A stretch of DNA of 63,596 bases, filler included, from Candidatus Aminicenantales bacterium (GCA_049515535.1; 4 parts of 4 records of this genome joined end to end with filler, not necessarily neighbours in it); one strand, 5' to 3'; positions 10,738 to 21,313 are shown, counted from the first letter of the whole stretch. A program made the numbers and translations. The notes: generated from the letters alone by a model not told the origin.

Positions 10738-11988
10738 TTATTGGAGATGGCGAAGCTTGGGGAAGAATATCCATAAGAGGCCGGCGTAGACCATCGTGAT
10801 GGAAGCACCGATTACGAGTGTCGCGGGTTCGCCGATTTTCGTCGCCATCCAGCCGACGATCAGCGCCCCGATGGGCATGGCCCCGAAAAAGACCAGCGAG
10901 TAAATGCTCATGACCCGGCCCCGCAGCGCGTCGGGGGTCAGGGTCTGGACGGACGCGTTGGCCATGTTGAAAATGAGAATGAGGGCGAAGCCGATCCCGA
11001 TGAGAAATAGGAAGGAAAACACTGGCCCGCGGATGAAGGAAAAAATGATCAGGAGGACGGGCAGCGCGAATGAGCCGAACGTGAGCAGTTTGCCCCGGAA
11101 CTTGAACCGGCCGAGCGAGGCGATCAGGAGCGCGCAGGCCAAGGCGCCGATGCCCCGGGCGGATTGGAGAAAACCGTTCGTCGTCGCGTTGCCGTGAAGA
11201 ATTTTCACGGCCCAGGCCGGCATGAGAATGGCGAAGGCCATCCCGAATGTGCTCACCACCCCGACCAGGCTGATGAGCGTCCGGATCATCGCATGCGTCA
11301 CCACGTAGTGTAAGCCTTCTTTTAAGTCGGCCAAAATGAAGCCGCGCCGGGCTTGCCCTTCCAGGGGCTTGAGTTTCATGGCCGAGAGTGCGGCGATGAC
11401 GGCGATGAAGGACAGGCCGTTGATCGTAAAACACCAAGCCGGGCCGAAAAGAGCGTAGGTTAATCCGCCGACGGCCGGGCCCAACGCGACTGAGGTGTTG
11501 AACATGGCCGAATTCAGGGCAATGGCATTGGTCATGTCGTCAGAGTGAACCAACTCCTGGACCATGGCCTGCCGGGCCGGAGCGTCGAACGCGTTCGCCG
11601 CGCCGAAACCGAAGGCGAGGACGATGATATGCCAGGGCCGAATCCAATGAGAAAAAGCCAGTCCAGCCGTGATGAAAGCCAGGGCCATCATGGCCGTCTG
11701 GGTCATGATCATCAATCGGCGGCGGGAAATGCGGTCGGCCACGACGCCGGCGTAGAGCATGAACAACCAAGTGGGCACGCCGCTGGCGAAGCCGACGAGT
11801 CCCAGGTAAGCCGGCGAGTGCGTCAACTCGAAAATTAAAAAACCCTGGGCCGTGGTTTGCATCCAGCTTCCGAACAGAGAGACCATTTGTCCCCAGAACC
11901 ACATCCGGTAGTTTGGATATTTCAAGGCCGTGAACGTCTGGCGCCAATTCATCCGGCCGTTGATCCTGCTTTTGATCCGCCCGCTCAT
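10738..11988 (-). CDS. MFS transporter (MFS_3/EntS-like)
   Basis: About 12 TM segments; GVVADRISRRR and PDALRGRVMS motifs. Confidence 0.9.
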   Translation of the reverse strand: MSGRIKSRINGRMNWRQTFTALKYPNYRMWFWGQMVSLFGSWMQTTAQGFLIFELTHSPAYLGLVGFASGVPTWLFMLYAGVVADRISRRRLMIMTQTAMMALAFITAGLAFSHWIRPWHIIVLAFGFGAANAFDAPARQAMVQELVHSDDMTNAIALNSAMFNTSVALGPAVGGLTYALFGPAWCFTINGLSFIAVIAALSAMKLKPLEGQARRGFILADLKEGLHYVVTHAMIRTLISLVGVVSTFGMAFAILMPAWAVKILHGNATTNGFLQSARGIGALACALLIASLGRFKFRGKLLTFGSFALPVLLIIFSFIRGPVFSFLFLIGIGFALILIFNMANASVQTLTPDALRGRVMSIYSLVFFGAMPIGALIVGWMATKIGEPATLVIGASITMVYAGLLWIFFPKLRHLQ

Positions 11989-12040
11989 TGTTGATATAGC
12001 CTTACCTTCGTTTCGCTCACGGGAATTTTTGTAAAATTTG

Positions 12041-12115
12041 TCGGGGAGGTGGGATTTGAACCCACGACCCCAGCGTCCCGAACGCTGTGCGCTAGCCAGG
12101 CTGCGCTACTCCCCG
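12041..12115 (-). tRNA. tRNA-Pro (anticodon CGG)
   Basis: Minus strand reads CGGGGAGTAGCGCAGCCTGGCTAGCGCA-CAGCG TT CGG GA CGCTG-GGGTCGTGGGTTCAAATCCCACCTCCCCGA; CCA is not encoded (followed by CAA). Confidence 0.95.
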
Positions 12116-12160
12116 AAAAAGGAAAGATATTATATCTGGATCCGGGCCAAGTTCAAAGTC

Positions 12161-12952
12161 CTATTTTTCAAGAACCTCGAACCGGGCCACATCGGGAGGA
12201 TCGAGCCTTGTCCATTTTCCCCACACGCCCGCGGCCTGCGCGCCAAGTTCCAGATGGAGCATGGCGATGCCGCAATCCAGCCGTTTAGGATACTTTTCGC
12301 TGTCTTTGGGGCCGTCCGCGCGGACCTTGATCGAGGTCGTGCCTGCGACGAATCGCCATGGCTGGCGGTTGGCCGCCGAGGGGGCCAACCGGGCGGCTTC
12401 CAGGGCTTTTTCCTGCCAGCGTTCGGCGATGGGTCCCTCCGCGATCTTGTCCAGGGGTTTTCGTTTGTGCGAACCGGCGAATGTCCGATAGAGCCTGTCC
12501 TTGACCGTCATTTCCCGTTCGGAATATCCGATGGGCGTGACGGCAAAAATCCGTTCGCCTTCGGCCAAGGCGAGGTGGTCTTTGACCGCGTCCGGCCGGA
12601 AAAAACCGCTGACCCAGCATGTCCCGAGTCCGAGCGTCGTCGCTTCGAGAATGACGCCTTCTCCCGTATAACCGAGGCCTTCAGCGACGTCCGGGGATGC
12701 CGAAGAACCGATGAAGGCGATGTACAAGGGCGCGCCCGTGATCTTTCCGTAATCGGCGAGGAGGCCGCGGAAAACGCGGTCGGGAGAGCGGCGGATGAAT
12801 TCCGCGCGGACGCCGGCGAACGGCCGGAATTCGCGGCAGATTTTTTCAAGACGGATGATCTTGTCTTCTTCCGGGGCTCTCGGGTGAAAACTCCGGCGGG
12901 ATTTCCGGATAAAAATCGCTTGATACCAAGATTCTGGCAGGCGGTTGTCCAT
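12161..12952 (-). CDS. Nitroreductase family protein
   Basis: RKSRRSF, LGLGTCWVSG and LAPSAANRQPWRF motifs. Confidence 0.88.
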   Translation of the reverse strand: MDNRLPESWYQAIFIRKSRRSFHPRAPEEDKIIRLEKICREFRPFAGVRAEFIRRSPDRVFRGLLADYGKITGAPLYIAFIGSSASPDVAEGLGYTGEGVILEATTLGLGTCWVSGFFRPDAVKDHLALAEGERIFAVTPIGYSEREMTVKDRLYRTFAGSHKRKPLDKIAEGPIAERWQEKALEAARLAPSAANRQPWRFVAGTTSIKVRADGPKDSEKYPKRLDCGIAMLHLELGAQAAGVWGKWTRLDPPDVARFEVLEK

Positions 12953-13103
12953 GGCCGCATTATATCAAAAAACGGACCCCTTACGCTTTTTCATGGAACG
13001 GCAGAGCATCCGCTTTCCTCCGAAACTGCGAGCACGGGATCCTGAATTTCGGTATAATGGAGAGCCCGAAATCCAAACCGGGATACTCTAGGCGAGTTTA
13101 ATA

Positions 13104-15812
13104 ATGAAAAATTGGTGGCACCTCGATATTCAAGAAGCAGCCCGGGTCCTGAAGACCGACCTGGTCCAGGGACTTGCGGACGCCGAAATCAAGGCCCGCT
13201 TGTCGCACTACGGTTTTAATCAGCTCTGCGAACAGAAAGCATACCATCCGCTCAAGCTCTTCCTTGAACAGTTCAAGGATTTCATTATCTGGGTCCTGAT
13301 CGGCGCGGCGCTCGTCTCGGGATTTCTTCAGGAATGGGTGGACGCGCTGGCCATTATCGCCATCATCATTCTCAACGCGATTCTCGGGTTCATCCAGGAG
13401 CATCGCGCCGAGAAATCTTTGCTGGCGCTGAAAAAAATGGCCTCGCCGTTCTCCCGGGCGGTCCGCGGCGGCTTCCGGGCCTCGGTGCCTTCGGCCGGCC
13501 TCGTGCCCGGCGATTTGATCGAGCTCGAAGCCGGCGACCACGTCCCGGCCGACGGCCGGATCACCTGGCACACGCCCAACTTCGCCGTGCAGGAAGCCGG
13601 CCTGACGGGAGAATCCGTCCCCGTTTTGAAAACCGCTCTGGAGCTCGAGGAGCCGGACGTTCCGCTCGCGGAACGGGCGAATATCGTCTATATGGGAACG
13701 GCGGTCGTCTCCGGCAAGGCCCGGGCCCTGGTCGTCGAGACCGGGATGCGGACTGAACTCGGCCGGATCGCCGGCATGATCCAGTCGATCACGCGCGAAA
13801 CCACCCCCCTCCAGAAAAAGCTCGAGCAGTTCGGCAAATGGATCGTCTATCTCTGTTTCGTCCTCGTCGCCCTCGTCTTCGTCATGGGTTTGCTCCGCGG
13901 GTTCAAGGTCCTCGACATGTTTCTGACGGCGGTCAGCCTGGCCGTGGCCGCGATCCCGGAAGGGCTTCCGGCCGTCGTCACGATCGCCCTGGCCCTGGGC
14001 GTGCAGAGGATGATCCGGCGGCACGTCCTCATCCGCAAGCTGCCGTCGGTGGAAACGCTGGGCTGCGCGACCGTCATCTGCACGGACAAGACCGGGACGC
14101 TGACGAAGAACGAAATGACCGTCCGGGCGATTCTGACGATGGGCGGAACTTATGATGTGACCGGCGCCGGATATGAGCCCAAAGGCGGATTTATGACGGG
14201 CGGCGTTCCCGTCGATCCGAGAGCGCATCCGGATCTCATGGCTTGTTTGAGAGCCGGCGTCCTTTGCAACGGCGCCGAGCTTCTAGAGGATGGCGGAGCG
14301 ACCGGGATTCTCGGCGACCCCACCGAAGGCGCGATCCTATGCGCCGCGGCCAAGGCCGGCCTGTGGAAAGGCCCATTGACGTCCGCGGCGCCGTTCGTCG
14401 AGGAAATCCCGTTCGACGCCGAGCGGAAGCGCATGACGATCGTCCGCCGGGATCCGGAAACCAACGCTTTTGTCGCTTATGTCAAGGGCGCTCCGGACAT
14501 CCTTCTGCCGCATTGCGCGAGGGTCGCGGACGACGACGGCGACCGGCCTCTGGGCCCGGACGACTTGAGTCGTATCCTCGAAATGAACGATCGCCTGGCG
14601 GGCCGGGCGCTTCGCGTTCTGGCAGTGGCCTACCGGGTCTTTGATCGCGAACCGGAAGAATACCAGGCCGCGCGAATCGAAGAGGATCTGACGTTCGCCG
14701 GATTGATCGCCATGATCGATCCGCCGCGAGAGGAAGTCAAGGCGGCCATCGACAAGTGCCGGACGTCCGGCATCAAGACCGTCATGATCACCGGCGACCA
14801 CAAGAACACGGCCGTGGCCGTCGCCCGCGAGCTCGGATTTTTCGACGAGGGCGCTCTGGCCATGACCGGCGAAGAGCTGGACCAAATGAGCGAGGCGGAT
14901 TTCGAGCGCGGCGTGGTGCGGACGACCGTTTACGCCCGCGTTTCGCCCGAGCACAAACTGAAGGTCGTCCGAGCCTGGCGCAAAAGGGGCGACGTCGTGG
15001 CGATGACGGGGGACGGCGTCAACGATGCCCCGGCCGTGAAGGAAGCCGATATCGGCGTGGCCATGGGCATCACCGGCACGGACGTCACCAAAGAAGTCTC
15101 GGACATGATCATTACCGACGACAATTTCGCCTCGATCGTCGCGGCGGTCGAGGAGGGGCGCGGGATCTACGATAATATCAAGAAGTTCATTCATTACCTT
15201 CTCTCCTGCAACTCCGGCGAGATCTTGGTCATGTTCGCGGCTTCGCTTTTCGGACTGCCCGTTCCGTTGCTCCCGATTCAGATCTTGTGGGTGAATCTCG
15301 TGACGGACGGACTGCCCGCCCTGGCGTTGGGCATGGACCCGGTCGAGAAGAACGTCATGAACCGCCCGCCGCGGCCGACGGATGAAGCTGTGATCACGCG
15401 CGCGCGGATGAAGCTGATCCTCATCCAAGGCGTTTTCATCGCGATCTGCAGCCTCGCGGCCTTTTGTTTTGTCTTGTTCGTGGAGCACGAAGACATCGAC
15501 CGGGCCCGGACCGCCGCGCTGTTCGCCATGACCTGCAGCGAGCTCTTCCACGCTTTGAACTGCCGGAGCCAGACCGAATCCCTGTTCAAGATCGGCTTTT
15601 TCAAAAATATGAAGCTCCTGGCCGCCTGCGGAGCGTCTCTCGGGCTGCAGATTTTGATCAATTACCTGCCTTTCACGCAGAGAATTTTCAAAGTCAAGGC
15701 GCTTGGGGCGCTGGACATGCTCGTCCTGCTGATCATTTCATCTCTGCCCTTATGGGGCATGGAGCTGGCCAAACTCGTTCATCGCCGGGTCCGCTGGCTC
15801 CCCCAAACATGA
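13104..15812 (+). CDS. P-type cation (Ca2+) transporting ATPase, type IIA
   Basis: TGES, IPEGL, DKTGTLT and MTGDGVNDAPA motifs. Confidence 0.95.
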   Translation: MKNWWHLDIQEAARVLKTDLVQGLADAEIKARLSHYGFNQLCEQKAYHPLKLFLEQFKDFIIWVLIGAALVSGFLQEWVDALAIIAIIILNAILGFIQEHRAEKSLLALKKMASPFSRAVRGGFRASVPSAGLVPGDLIELEAGDHVPADGRITWHTPNFAVQEAGLTGESVPVLKTALELEEPDVPLAERANIVYMGTAVVSGKARALVVETGMRTELGRIAGMIQSITRETTPLQKKLEQFGKWIVYLCFVLVALVFVMGLLRGFKVLDMFLTAVSLAVAAIPEGLPAVVTIALALGVQRMIRRHVLIRKLPSVETLGCATVICTDKTGTLTKNEMTVRAILTMGGTYDVTGAGYEPKGGFMTGGVPVDPRAHPDLMACLRAGVLCNGAELLEDGGATGILGDPTEGAILCAAAKAGLWKGPLTSAAPFVEEIPFDAERKRMTIVRRDPETNAFVAYVKGAPDILLPHCARVADDDGDRPLGPDDLSRILEMNDRLAGRALRVLAVAYRVFDREPEEYQAARIEEDLTFAGLIAMIDPPREEVKAAIDKCRTSGIKTVMITGDHKNTAVAVARELGFFDEGALAMTGEELDQMSEADFERGVVRTTVYARVSPEHKLKVVRAWRKRGDVVAMTGDGVNDAPAVKEADIGVAMGITGTDVTKEVSDMIITDDNFASIVAAVEEGRGIYDNIKKFIHYLLSCNSGEILVMFAASLFGLPVPLLPIQILWVNLVTDGLPALALGMDPVEKNVMNRPPRPTDEAVITRARMKLILIQGVFIAICSLAAFCFVLFVEHEDIDRARTAALFAMTCSELFHALNCRSQTESLFKIGFFKNMKLLAACGASLGLQILINYLPFTQRIFKVKALGALDMLVLLIISSLPLWGMELAKLVHRRVRWLPQT

Positions 15813-15834
15813 GCGTAAGGTTGGATGTCCCATC

Positions 15835-17694
15835 ATGATCGTCGTCGACAATCTCAGCAAGCGATACGGAGAACAGGCCCTCTTCGAGAACATCAGTTTT
15901 AAGATCAACCGCAAGGAGCGAATCGGCCTGGTCGGGCGAAACGGCCACGGCAAGACGACGCTTTTCCGGCTGATCGTCGGCCTTGAAGAGCCGGATTCAG
16001 GCTCCATCGCCGTTCCCCGGAACTACCGGATCGGCTATGTCGAACAGCAGCTGGATTTCGCCGAAACCTCGGTCTTCAAAGAGGCCCAGCGCGGCCTTCC
16101 TCCGGATGCGCACGATCAACTCTGGCGCGTCGAAAAGATTTTGTCCGGGCTCGGCTTCAGGCCGAAAGATTTCGACCTGCACCCGGCCGAACTTTCCGGC
16201 GGTTTCCAGGTCCGACTGAACCTGACCAAGATCCTCCTCGCGGATTACAATATGCTCCTTCTCGACGAGCCGAACAACTATCTCGACATCACGTCCATCC
16301 GCTGGCTCGAACGGTTTCTCCTGAACTGGCCGGGCGAGCTCCTTTTGGTCACCCACGACCGGAGTTTCATGGACAAGGTCGTCACGCACACGCTGGCCAT
16401 CCATCGGCGGAAGGTCAAAAAGATCGAGGGCGATACGTCCAAGCTCTACGACCAGATCGCCATGGAGGAAGAAACCTACGAGAAAACTCGAATCAACGAC
16501 GAGCGGAAGCGGAAAGAGATCCAGGGATTCATCGACAGGTTCCACGCCAGCGCCCAGCTGACCGGGCTCGTCGAGTCGCGGAAAAAGACCCTGGCCAAGA
16601 TGGTGAAGAAAGAGAAGCTCGAGAAGCTCAAGTCCCTCGAGTTCGGGTTCGCCTACAAACCGTTCCACGGCAAGTATATGATGAGCGTGGACGAACTGTC
16701 GTTCGGTTACGAGCCGGACCGGCTGTTGATCCGGGATTTCGGCATCACCATCGGAGCCAAGGATCGCGTCTTCGTCATTGGGAAGAACGGCCGCGGGAAA
16801 ACGACGTTGCTCAAACTCCTGGCCGGGGTCCTGGAGCCCGGCGCTGGAAAAATCTCAAGCCCGTTGGCCGTGGCCCCCGGATATTTCGAGCAAACCAACG
16901 TCCAAAGCCTGAGCGACAACAACACGGTGCTCGAGGAGATCGGCTCGGCGGCGGCCGACATCGAGCCCTCTAAGGCCCGCTATCTCAGCGGCCTCATGAT
17001 GTTCGAAGGGAACAACGCCCTCAAAAAGATCAGTGTTCTTTCCGGCGGCGAAAAAAGCCGGGTCCTGCTTGGGAAGCTGATCGCCACGCCGCTCAACCTT
17101 CTCCTCCTTGACGAGCCGACCAACCACCTGGACATGGAATCCAGCGACGCCCTGCTGGCGGCCATCGATAACTTCGACGGCGCTGTGGTCATGGTGACGC
17201 ACAACGAGATGTTCCTCGACGCGCTGGCGGAGCGATTGATCGTCTTCCAGGACACTGGCATCTCGATGTTCGAAGGCGGCTACGAGCGTTTTCTGGAGAA
17301 AGTCGGATGGGAGGGAGAGGACGCTCGCCCGCAGAAAAAAACCGGCAGGAAGACGATCGAGACAAGCCTGGAAAAACTCGGCAAGAAAGAGCTGCGCAAG
17401 GTCCGGACCGATCTCCTCGTTGAGCGCGCGGCCGTTCTCAAGCCGCTGGAGAATAAGATGCGGGAGCTCGAGAAGGCCCTGGAGGGAACCGAGAACGAAA
17501 CCAACCGCTTGACCCAGGAGATCGTCGAGGCCTCACGGGCCGGGGAGGGCGCCCGCATCGGAGAAATGTCGAAGACCGTCCATCAGCTGCGCAAGATGAT
17601 CGATGTCTATCTCGAGGATCTCGAGCCGCTGCTCCAGGAATTCGAAGAGAAAAAAGCCGAATACGACCGAAGGCTGGCCGAAATTCCTGAATAG
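15835..17694 (+). CDS. ABC-F family ATPase
   Basis: Two ABC domains (GRNGHGKTT, GKNGRGKTT, LSGG, LLLDEP), no TM segments, C-terminal coiled coil. Confidence 0.92.
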   Translation: MIVVDNLSKRYGEQALFENISFKINRKERIGLVGRNGHGKTTLFRLIVGLEEPDSGSIAVPRNYRIGYVEQQLDFAETSVFKEAQRGLPPDAHDQLWRVEKILSGLGFRPKDFDLHPAELSGGFQVRLNLTKILLADYNMLLLDEPNNYLDITSIRWLERFLLNWPGELLLVTHDRSFMDKVVTHTLAIHRRKVKKIEGDTSKLYDQIAMEEETYEKTRINDERKRKEIQGFIDRFHASAQLTGLVESRKKTLAKMVKKEKLEKLKSLEFGFAYKPFHGKYMMSVDELSFGYEPDRLLIRDFGITIGAKDRVFVIGKNGRGKTTLLKLLAGVLEPGAGKISSPLAVAPGYFEQTNVQSLSDNNTVLEEIGSAAADIEPSKARYLSGLMMFEGNNALKKISVLSGGEKSRVLLGKLIATPLNLLLLDEPTNHLDMESSDALLAAIDNFDGAVVMVTHNEMFLDALAERLIVFQDTGISMFEGGYERFLEKVGWEGEDARPQKKTGRKTIETSLEKLGKKELRKVRTDLLVERAAVLKPLENKMRELEKALEGTENETNRLTQEIVEASRAGEGARIGEMSKTVHQLRKMIDVYLEDLEPLLQEFEEKKAEYDRRLAEIPE

Positions 17695-17723
17695 CGGGCC
17701 GTCCGGAGTCCGCTCCGGCGGGT

Positions 17724-17915
17724 CTATTTCTTCTTGTCGCCGTACCAGACGCCGGCGGCCATGTATTCTTTCGGCGAGAATTCCTCGATCCAGATCCGGA
17801 TCGTTTCGAGCGGCGCTCCGATCGACTCGTTGACGGCTTTCGTGACGGCGGTCAGGAGCGCTTTTTTCTGTTCGTCGGTCCGCCCTTCTAGCAAATGGAT
17901 TTCGATGAGTGGCAT
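17724..17915 (-). CDS. 4-oxalocrotonate tautomerase family protein
   Basis: MPLIEIHLLEGRTDEQK with catalytic Pro1; GGAG RBS. Confidence 0.9.
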   Translation of the reverse strand: MPLIEIHLLEGRTDEQKKALLTAVTKAVNESIGAPLETIRIWIEEFSPKEYMAAGVWYGDKKK

Positions 17916-18208
17916 GGGCATCTCCTTTGAAACAATCCTCCGCCGGGTGGAGGCGGAGGGATCATTGTAACATCCCGCGGCATCCGGGCAAAGTTCCCTT
18001 TAATTTGCGGATGGCGAATTGGAAGGTGTTGTTCATAGCGCTCGGCAGGTTTGTTGAGGAGGGACTTGGCGGATTTTGCACGGAACTTGCAATTGCCGAA
18101 AGTGAACGCCTGAAAGTGCTAACAGCCAAGGCTAACTGCATTGAAAGCGCAACAGAGCAAAGTCGGCTGCAACCCGGTATCAGCCCGCCGCCTTGCCAAT
18201 TGCCTAGC

Positions 18209-19441
18209 CTATGCCTTATACAGGTGTTTGGGTTCCCGAACATTTCTCAATTGTATTCCCAGTTGTGCCTCTAGCCGATCAATGCCAGCATGCTTCAGTT
18301 CAGCTTCAATTGTTGTCGTCATGAGCAGCTTGTTGTTGCTCTTGACACCAAATCGCGCTATTCTCGTAAGCGCGTGTAAAGCTGCCTTATCAATAGTTCC
18401 GAGTATGAAATTCAATCCCGGCTCTGACAAGTCTGGTGCAGGTCCCGTCTTCATCTCCAAGGCGCCTCTGTAAGCAGGGCTATCTAGGGTGTCTGCCTTG
18501 TCGGGGGGTTCATCGCTATCCGACACAAGAATAGTGGAGGTTTGAAGCATGGGTTTTGTCATCATGCTGAAACCGTCGTAAGTTAATCTGCCAGTATGAT
18601 GCCGTGCATGCAGGCAGTTCTCCGCTATCAACAATACCAACCTGGTAAGCTTTATCAGCCCTTCTCCAACTATCTTTCTATCAGAAAGGTTTTGAGGAAG
18701 TAGAGGAAGTAAGCGAGGGCTGGTCTTGGAGTGAAAAATCGCGCACCGAATATATACATATATTTGCTTGTAGATATCCGCAACGACATCTGATGTTGTT
18801 GGTGCGAAGACTCCTATTAGGGGAATCCTGCTGTTGGCTATTCTCAGAGCGCGCCTAAGCCACCGGCCTTCACTTTCGGACTTGAGTCTTGGGGCAACAT
18901 ATTCCAGGAGCGATTCAAATGCCAAGTACATGTTGCGAAAAGCATCAAAGAGGTCATCAGTCACCTGTGAAAGGCGGAAATATCTGAAGCTTTCGTGGTA
19001 GATGACTTGTGGTGGGGCTGTCCGTGGGACGACATTCCCGTCTTTATCGGTTTCAATAATTTCTATCGGGCCTCCTACTGTAACCGACCAATTGAAGACT
19101 GAGACGACTCTCAATACTTGGCCGGATGGCTCGCGCCACCAGATAAGATTCTCGTCCAGAGCATTGCGAGTAGAAAGATATGCTTTGCCTTGCACTGATA
19201 GAAGGTCGAGGGCCTGTTGAACTACCTCGTGCGACTCATTGAAGGCATCTGTTGCAGTGGTTGCGCCTTTGATGCGAGCAATGACATATGGATTATTCTT
19301 GAGGACTTCAACTTCTCGATCAGGCGAAATAGCAATGATTTCGTTTACATCACACTTCTGCGCGAGCAGATATGCTGCCCCGGAGTCGAAAGGGGAGTCT
19401 TTATCTGCGATTTGAGCGTTTGCTAGAGTTGCCATCATCAA
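18209..19441 (-). CDS. Cassette 8: hypothetical protein, HEPN/MauJ-ApeA-like C-terminal domain
   Basis: 410 aa; YLAFESLLE helix followed by an Rx4H motif (RCAIFH). Confidence 0.55.
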   Translation of the reverse strand: MMMATLANAQIADKDSPFDSGAAYLLAQKCDVNEIIAISPDREVEVLKNNPYVIARIKGATTATDAFNESHEVVQQALDLLSVQGKAYLSTRNALDENLIWWREPSGQVLRVVSVFNWSVTVGGPIEIIETDKDGNVVPRTAPPQVIYHESFRYFRLSQVTDDLFDAFRNMYLAFESLLEYVAPRLKSESEGRWLRRALRIANSRIPLIGVFAPTTSDVVADIYKQIYVYIRCAIFHSKTSPRLLPLLPQNLSDRKIVGEGLIKLTRLVLLIAENCLHARHHTGRLTYDGFSMMTKPMLQTSTILVSDSDEPPDKADTLDSPAYRGALEMKTGPAPDLSEPGLNFILGTIDKAALHALTRIARFGVKSNNKLLMTTTIEAELKHAGIDRLEAQLGIQLRNVREPKHLYKA

Positions 19442-19469
19442 TTCGCTTTTGCTGTAATACTTGGTTGAC

Positions 19470-19504
19470 CGCTAAGGCGGGATAGCCTCCAGGGCTTGTT
19501 AGCT
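19470..19504 (-). other. Internally deleted attC (35 bp)
   Basis: Minus strand AGCTAAC AAGCCCTGGAGGCTATCCCGC CTTAGCG: R'' intact and contains the upstream stop, R' has G>C, stem is missing. Confidence 0.6.
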
Positions 19505-19879
19505 GTTACTTTCATTGTCGGCCTCAACGCTGCCGCTCTGTTCGCGATGGGGCTCAAGATCCTTGAGCAGAGCCTTTGCATCCGCGGCATCTTCGCGATC
19601 AACCTGGAACTCGGCTGGGCCTCCAAAGTGGGTGCTGCCCTTGCCGAAAAGGTTTTGTGCCGCTTCGTTTCGCACAAGGAAGCGTGTCCCCGCTGACTGC
19701 AGCAGCGACTTCGCCAGCGCGATGCGTCCCGCGTCGGCGCACTTGAACACGGTCACAAGCTCGGCTGGTCGCGACCAACGCGGCTTGGCTGGTTTCGATT
19801 CGTCCGCCAAGGCGACCAAACAGTCGGAACACTGCGTGAACCCTGGCCGATACTCCACTCCGCACTTTGGACAAATCAT
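19499..19879 (-). CDS. Cassette 7: zinc-ribbon + DUF2007 (PII-like) protein
   Basis: CPKC..Y..GF..CSDC...L followed by ALAKSLLQSAG..F.V and V..EDAA.AKALL. Confidence 0.75.
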   Translation of the reverse strand: MICPKCGVEYRPGFTQCSDCLVALADESKPAKPRWSRPAELVTVFKCADAGRIALAKSLLQSAGTRFLVRNEAAQNLFGKGSTHFGGPAEFQVDREDAADAKALLKDLEPHREQSGSVEADNESNS

Positions 19880-19904
19880 CTTGCTCCTCCTACCTGATGG
19901 TCAC

Positions 19905-20029
19905 AGCTAACGCCTCCGCATCAGCCGCCGCCGGGCCAGCAAGATATATCACATCATACAGCATCTTCGGGGGCAAAGTGTGCCCGAAAAACCGGCTGGT
20001 AGGCGGTCGGCTGTATGCGGTTGTTAGCC
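19905..20029 (-). other. attC site (125 bp)
   Basis: Minus strand GGCTAAC AACCGCATACAGCCGAC...CGGCTGATGCGGAGGC GTTAGCT. Confidence 0.9.
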
Positions 20030-20076
20030 CGCCGGTGATTAGCCAGTACCTTTGTTTGCAAAAACGTATCTCGTTA

Positions 20077-21030
20077 CTAATCAAGCCTGCCGGAATACCG
20101 GTATATCAGATAGTATCCTTCCCTATTTTCATTCAACAGATCAACTATCCACTTTTCTGCATTCGAATAATAGACTTGATGTTGTGCTTTACCGGCTGTC
20201 CTTCGATTGATTTCGGTCACAACTTCAGGAGTTGTGATGAAGAAACCTTGCTTTAAATTATACCGAGACATTACCAGAGCAATATCTTTGGATATAGGAA
20301 AGCTTATCTCTACGTAAGGTTTGTTAATATCTGGAGAAAAAACAGGATCATCACTTGTGATGAAACCATACCTTTCCGGGGCAATGAAGAATTGCCACGT
20401 CATACTGGAGAGTATTTTAGGTACTTCTAAGGGAGACTTCATCACCAAACTTTTGAGTGGTATTTCAGTATTAATAGGCACGTTCTCTTTGTAATACTCT
20501 AACTCTTGCTCCCGTTCGCTGCGAAGTTTCGAAATCCTGGCTAATCGAGTTACATCGGCTTTATCTGTTCTGGCTTCCTCAAAATCAAGCCATTGAACCA
20601 TCCAAGAAGAGATAGACTGAAAAACATTAGGCCAATTCTTCTCAAACCTCTCTTTTCGTTTTGGGACACGTTTATACATGAGATACACATATGAAGCGAA
20701 AGTTTCTTTCTCGTGATCGGTTATCATCTCCTGCCGCCGGAGTTTTTTAAAGATGGGATCAGCAGGTCTCTCTAATTTCTCAAGCTCATTTTCGTATGTG
20801 TCGAAATCAATTGTGCCGTCCCTTTTCATGAACGCATAATGGTCTTTTTCCGCGCCTACTAGCTTGATTGTGCGTCTGTACGGGTTATGGTGTCTTTTAC
20901 GTCCAGGATTATAAGATTTGCCTCTTTCATATACCCAAATAAAAGGGCTTTTTTCTGCTTCGATGAATCCTTTTTGGTAAAGTTTCGGGAGAAAATGATG
21001 GTTATGTTTAAGCTGTGATTCGTTTTGCAT
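20077..21030 (-). CDS. Cassette 6: DUF4238 domain protein
   Basis: N-terminal HHFLPKLYQKGF and FITSDDPV motifs; AT-rich. Confidence 0.8.
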   Translation of the reverse strand: MQNESQLKHNHHFLPKLYQKGFIEAEKSPFIWVYERGKSYNPGRKRHHNPYRRTIKLVGAEKDHYAFMKRDGTIDFDTYENELEKLERPADPIFKKLRRQEMITDHEKETFASYVYLMYKRVPKRKERFEKNWPNVFQSISSWMVQWLDFEEARTDKADVTRLARISKLRSEREQELEYYKENVPINTEIPLKSLVMKSPLEVPKILSSMTWQFFIAPERYGFITSDDPVFSPDINKPYVEISFPISKDIALVMSRYNLKQGFFITTPEVVTEINRRTAGKAQHQVYYSNAEKWIVDLLNENREGYYLIYRYSGRLD

Positions 21031-21061
21031 CAGAGAAACGCATACCTTTACCGACTCAGCG

Positions 21062-21308
21062 AGCTAACAATGTTTATATGGATCCATATAAATATCCAAA
21101 GATGGCATCAAGTGCCGTATAAGATGCCGGAGAATCCGGCATTCTTTCAGGTCTATATGCCATGTCTCTAAATATCCCCCCGTTAACACAAATGTAGATT
21201 ATCACTCTGATTCGAAAGATGTCAATTTTTTATGATTTGGGAGGGGCGGAAGACCGCGACTGAAGGCTCTGAAAATGGGCAAGATTCTTAAATGGCTTGG
21301 CAAAGTTC
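21062..21308 (-). promoter_or_regulatory. Internal copy of attI-like site plus Pc-like promoter module
   Basis: Minus strand TTGACA-N16-GATAAT, then ...CCATATAAAC ATT GTTAGCT; highly similar to 26719-26928. Confidence 0.75.
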
Positions 21309-21313
21309 TTTTT

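Noticed and set aside
12041..12115. tRNA-Pro as an island integration site
   Set aside because: No integrase or duplicated tRNA 3' end was seen, and the flanks are core-like genes.
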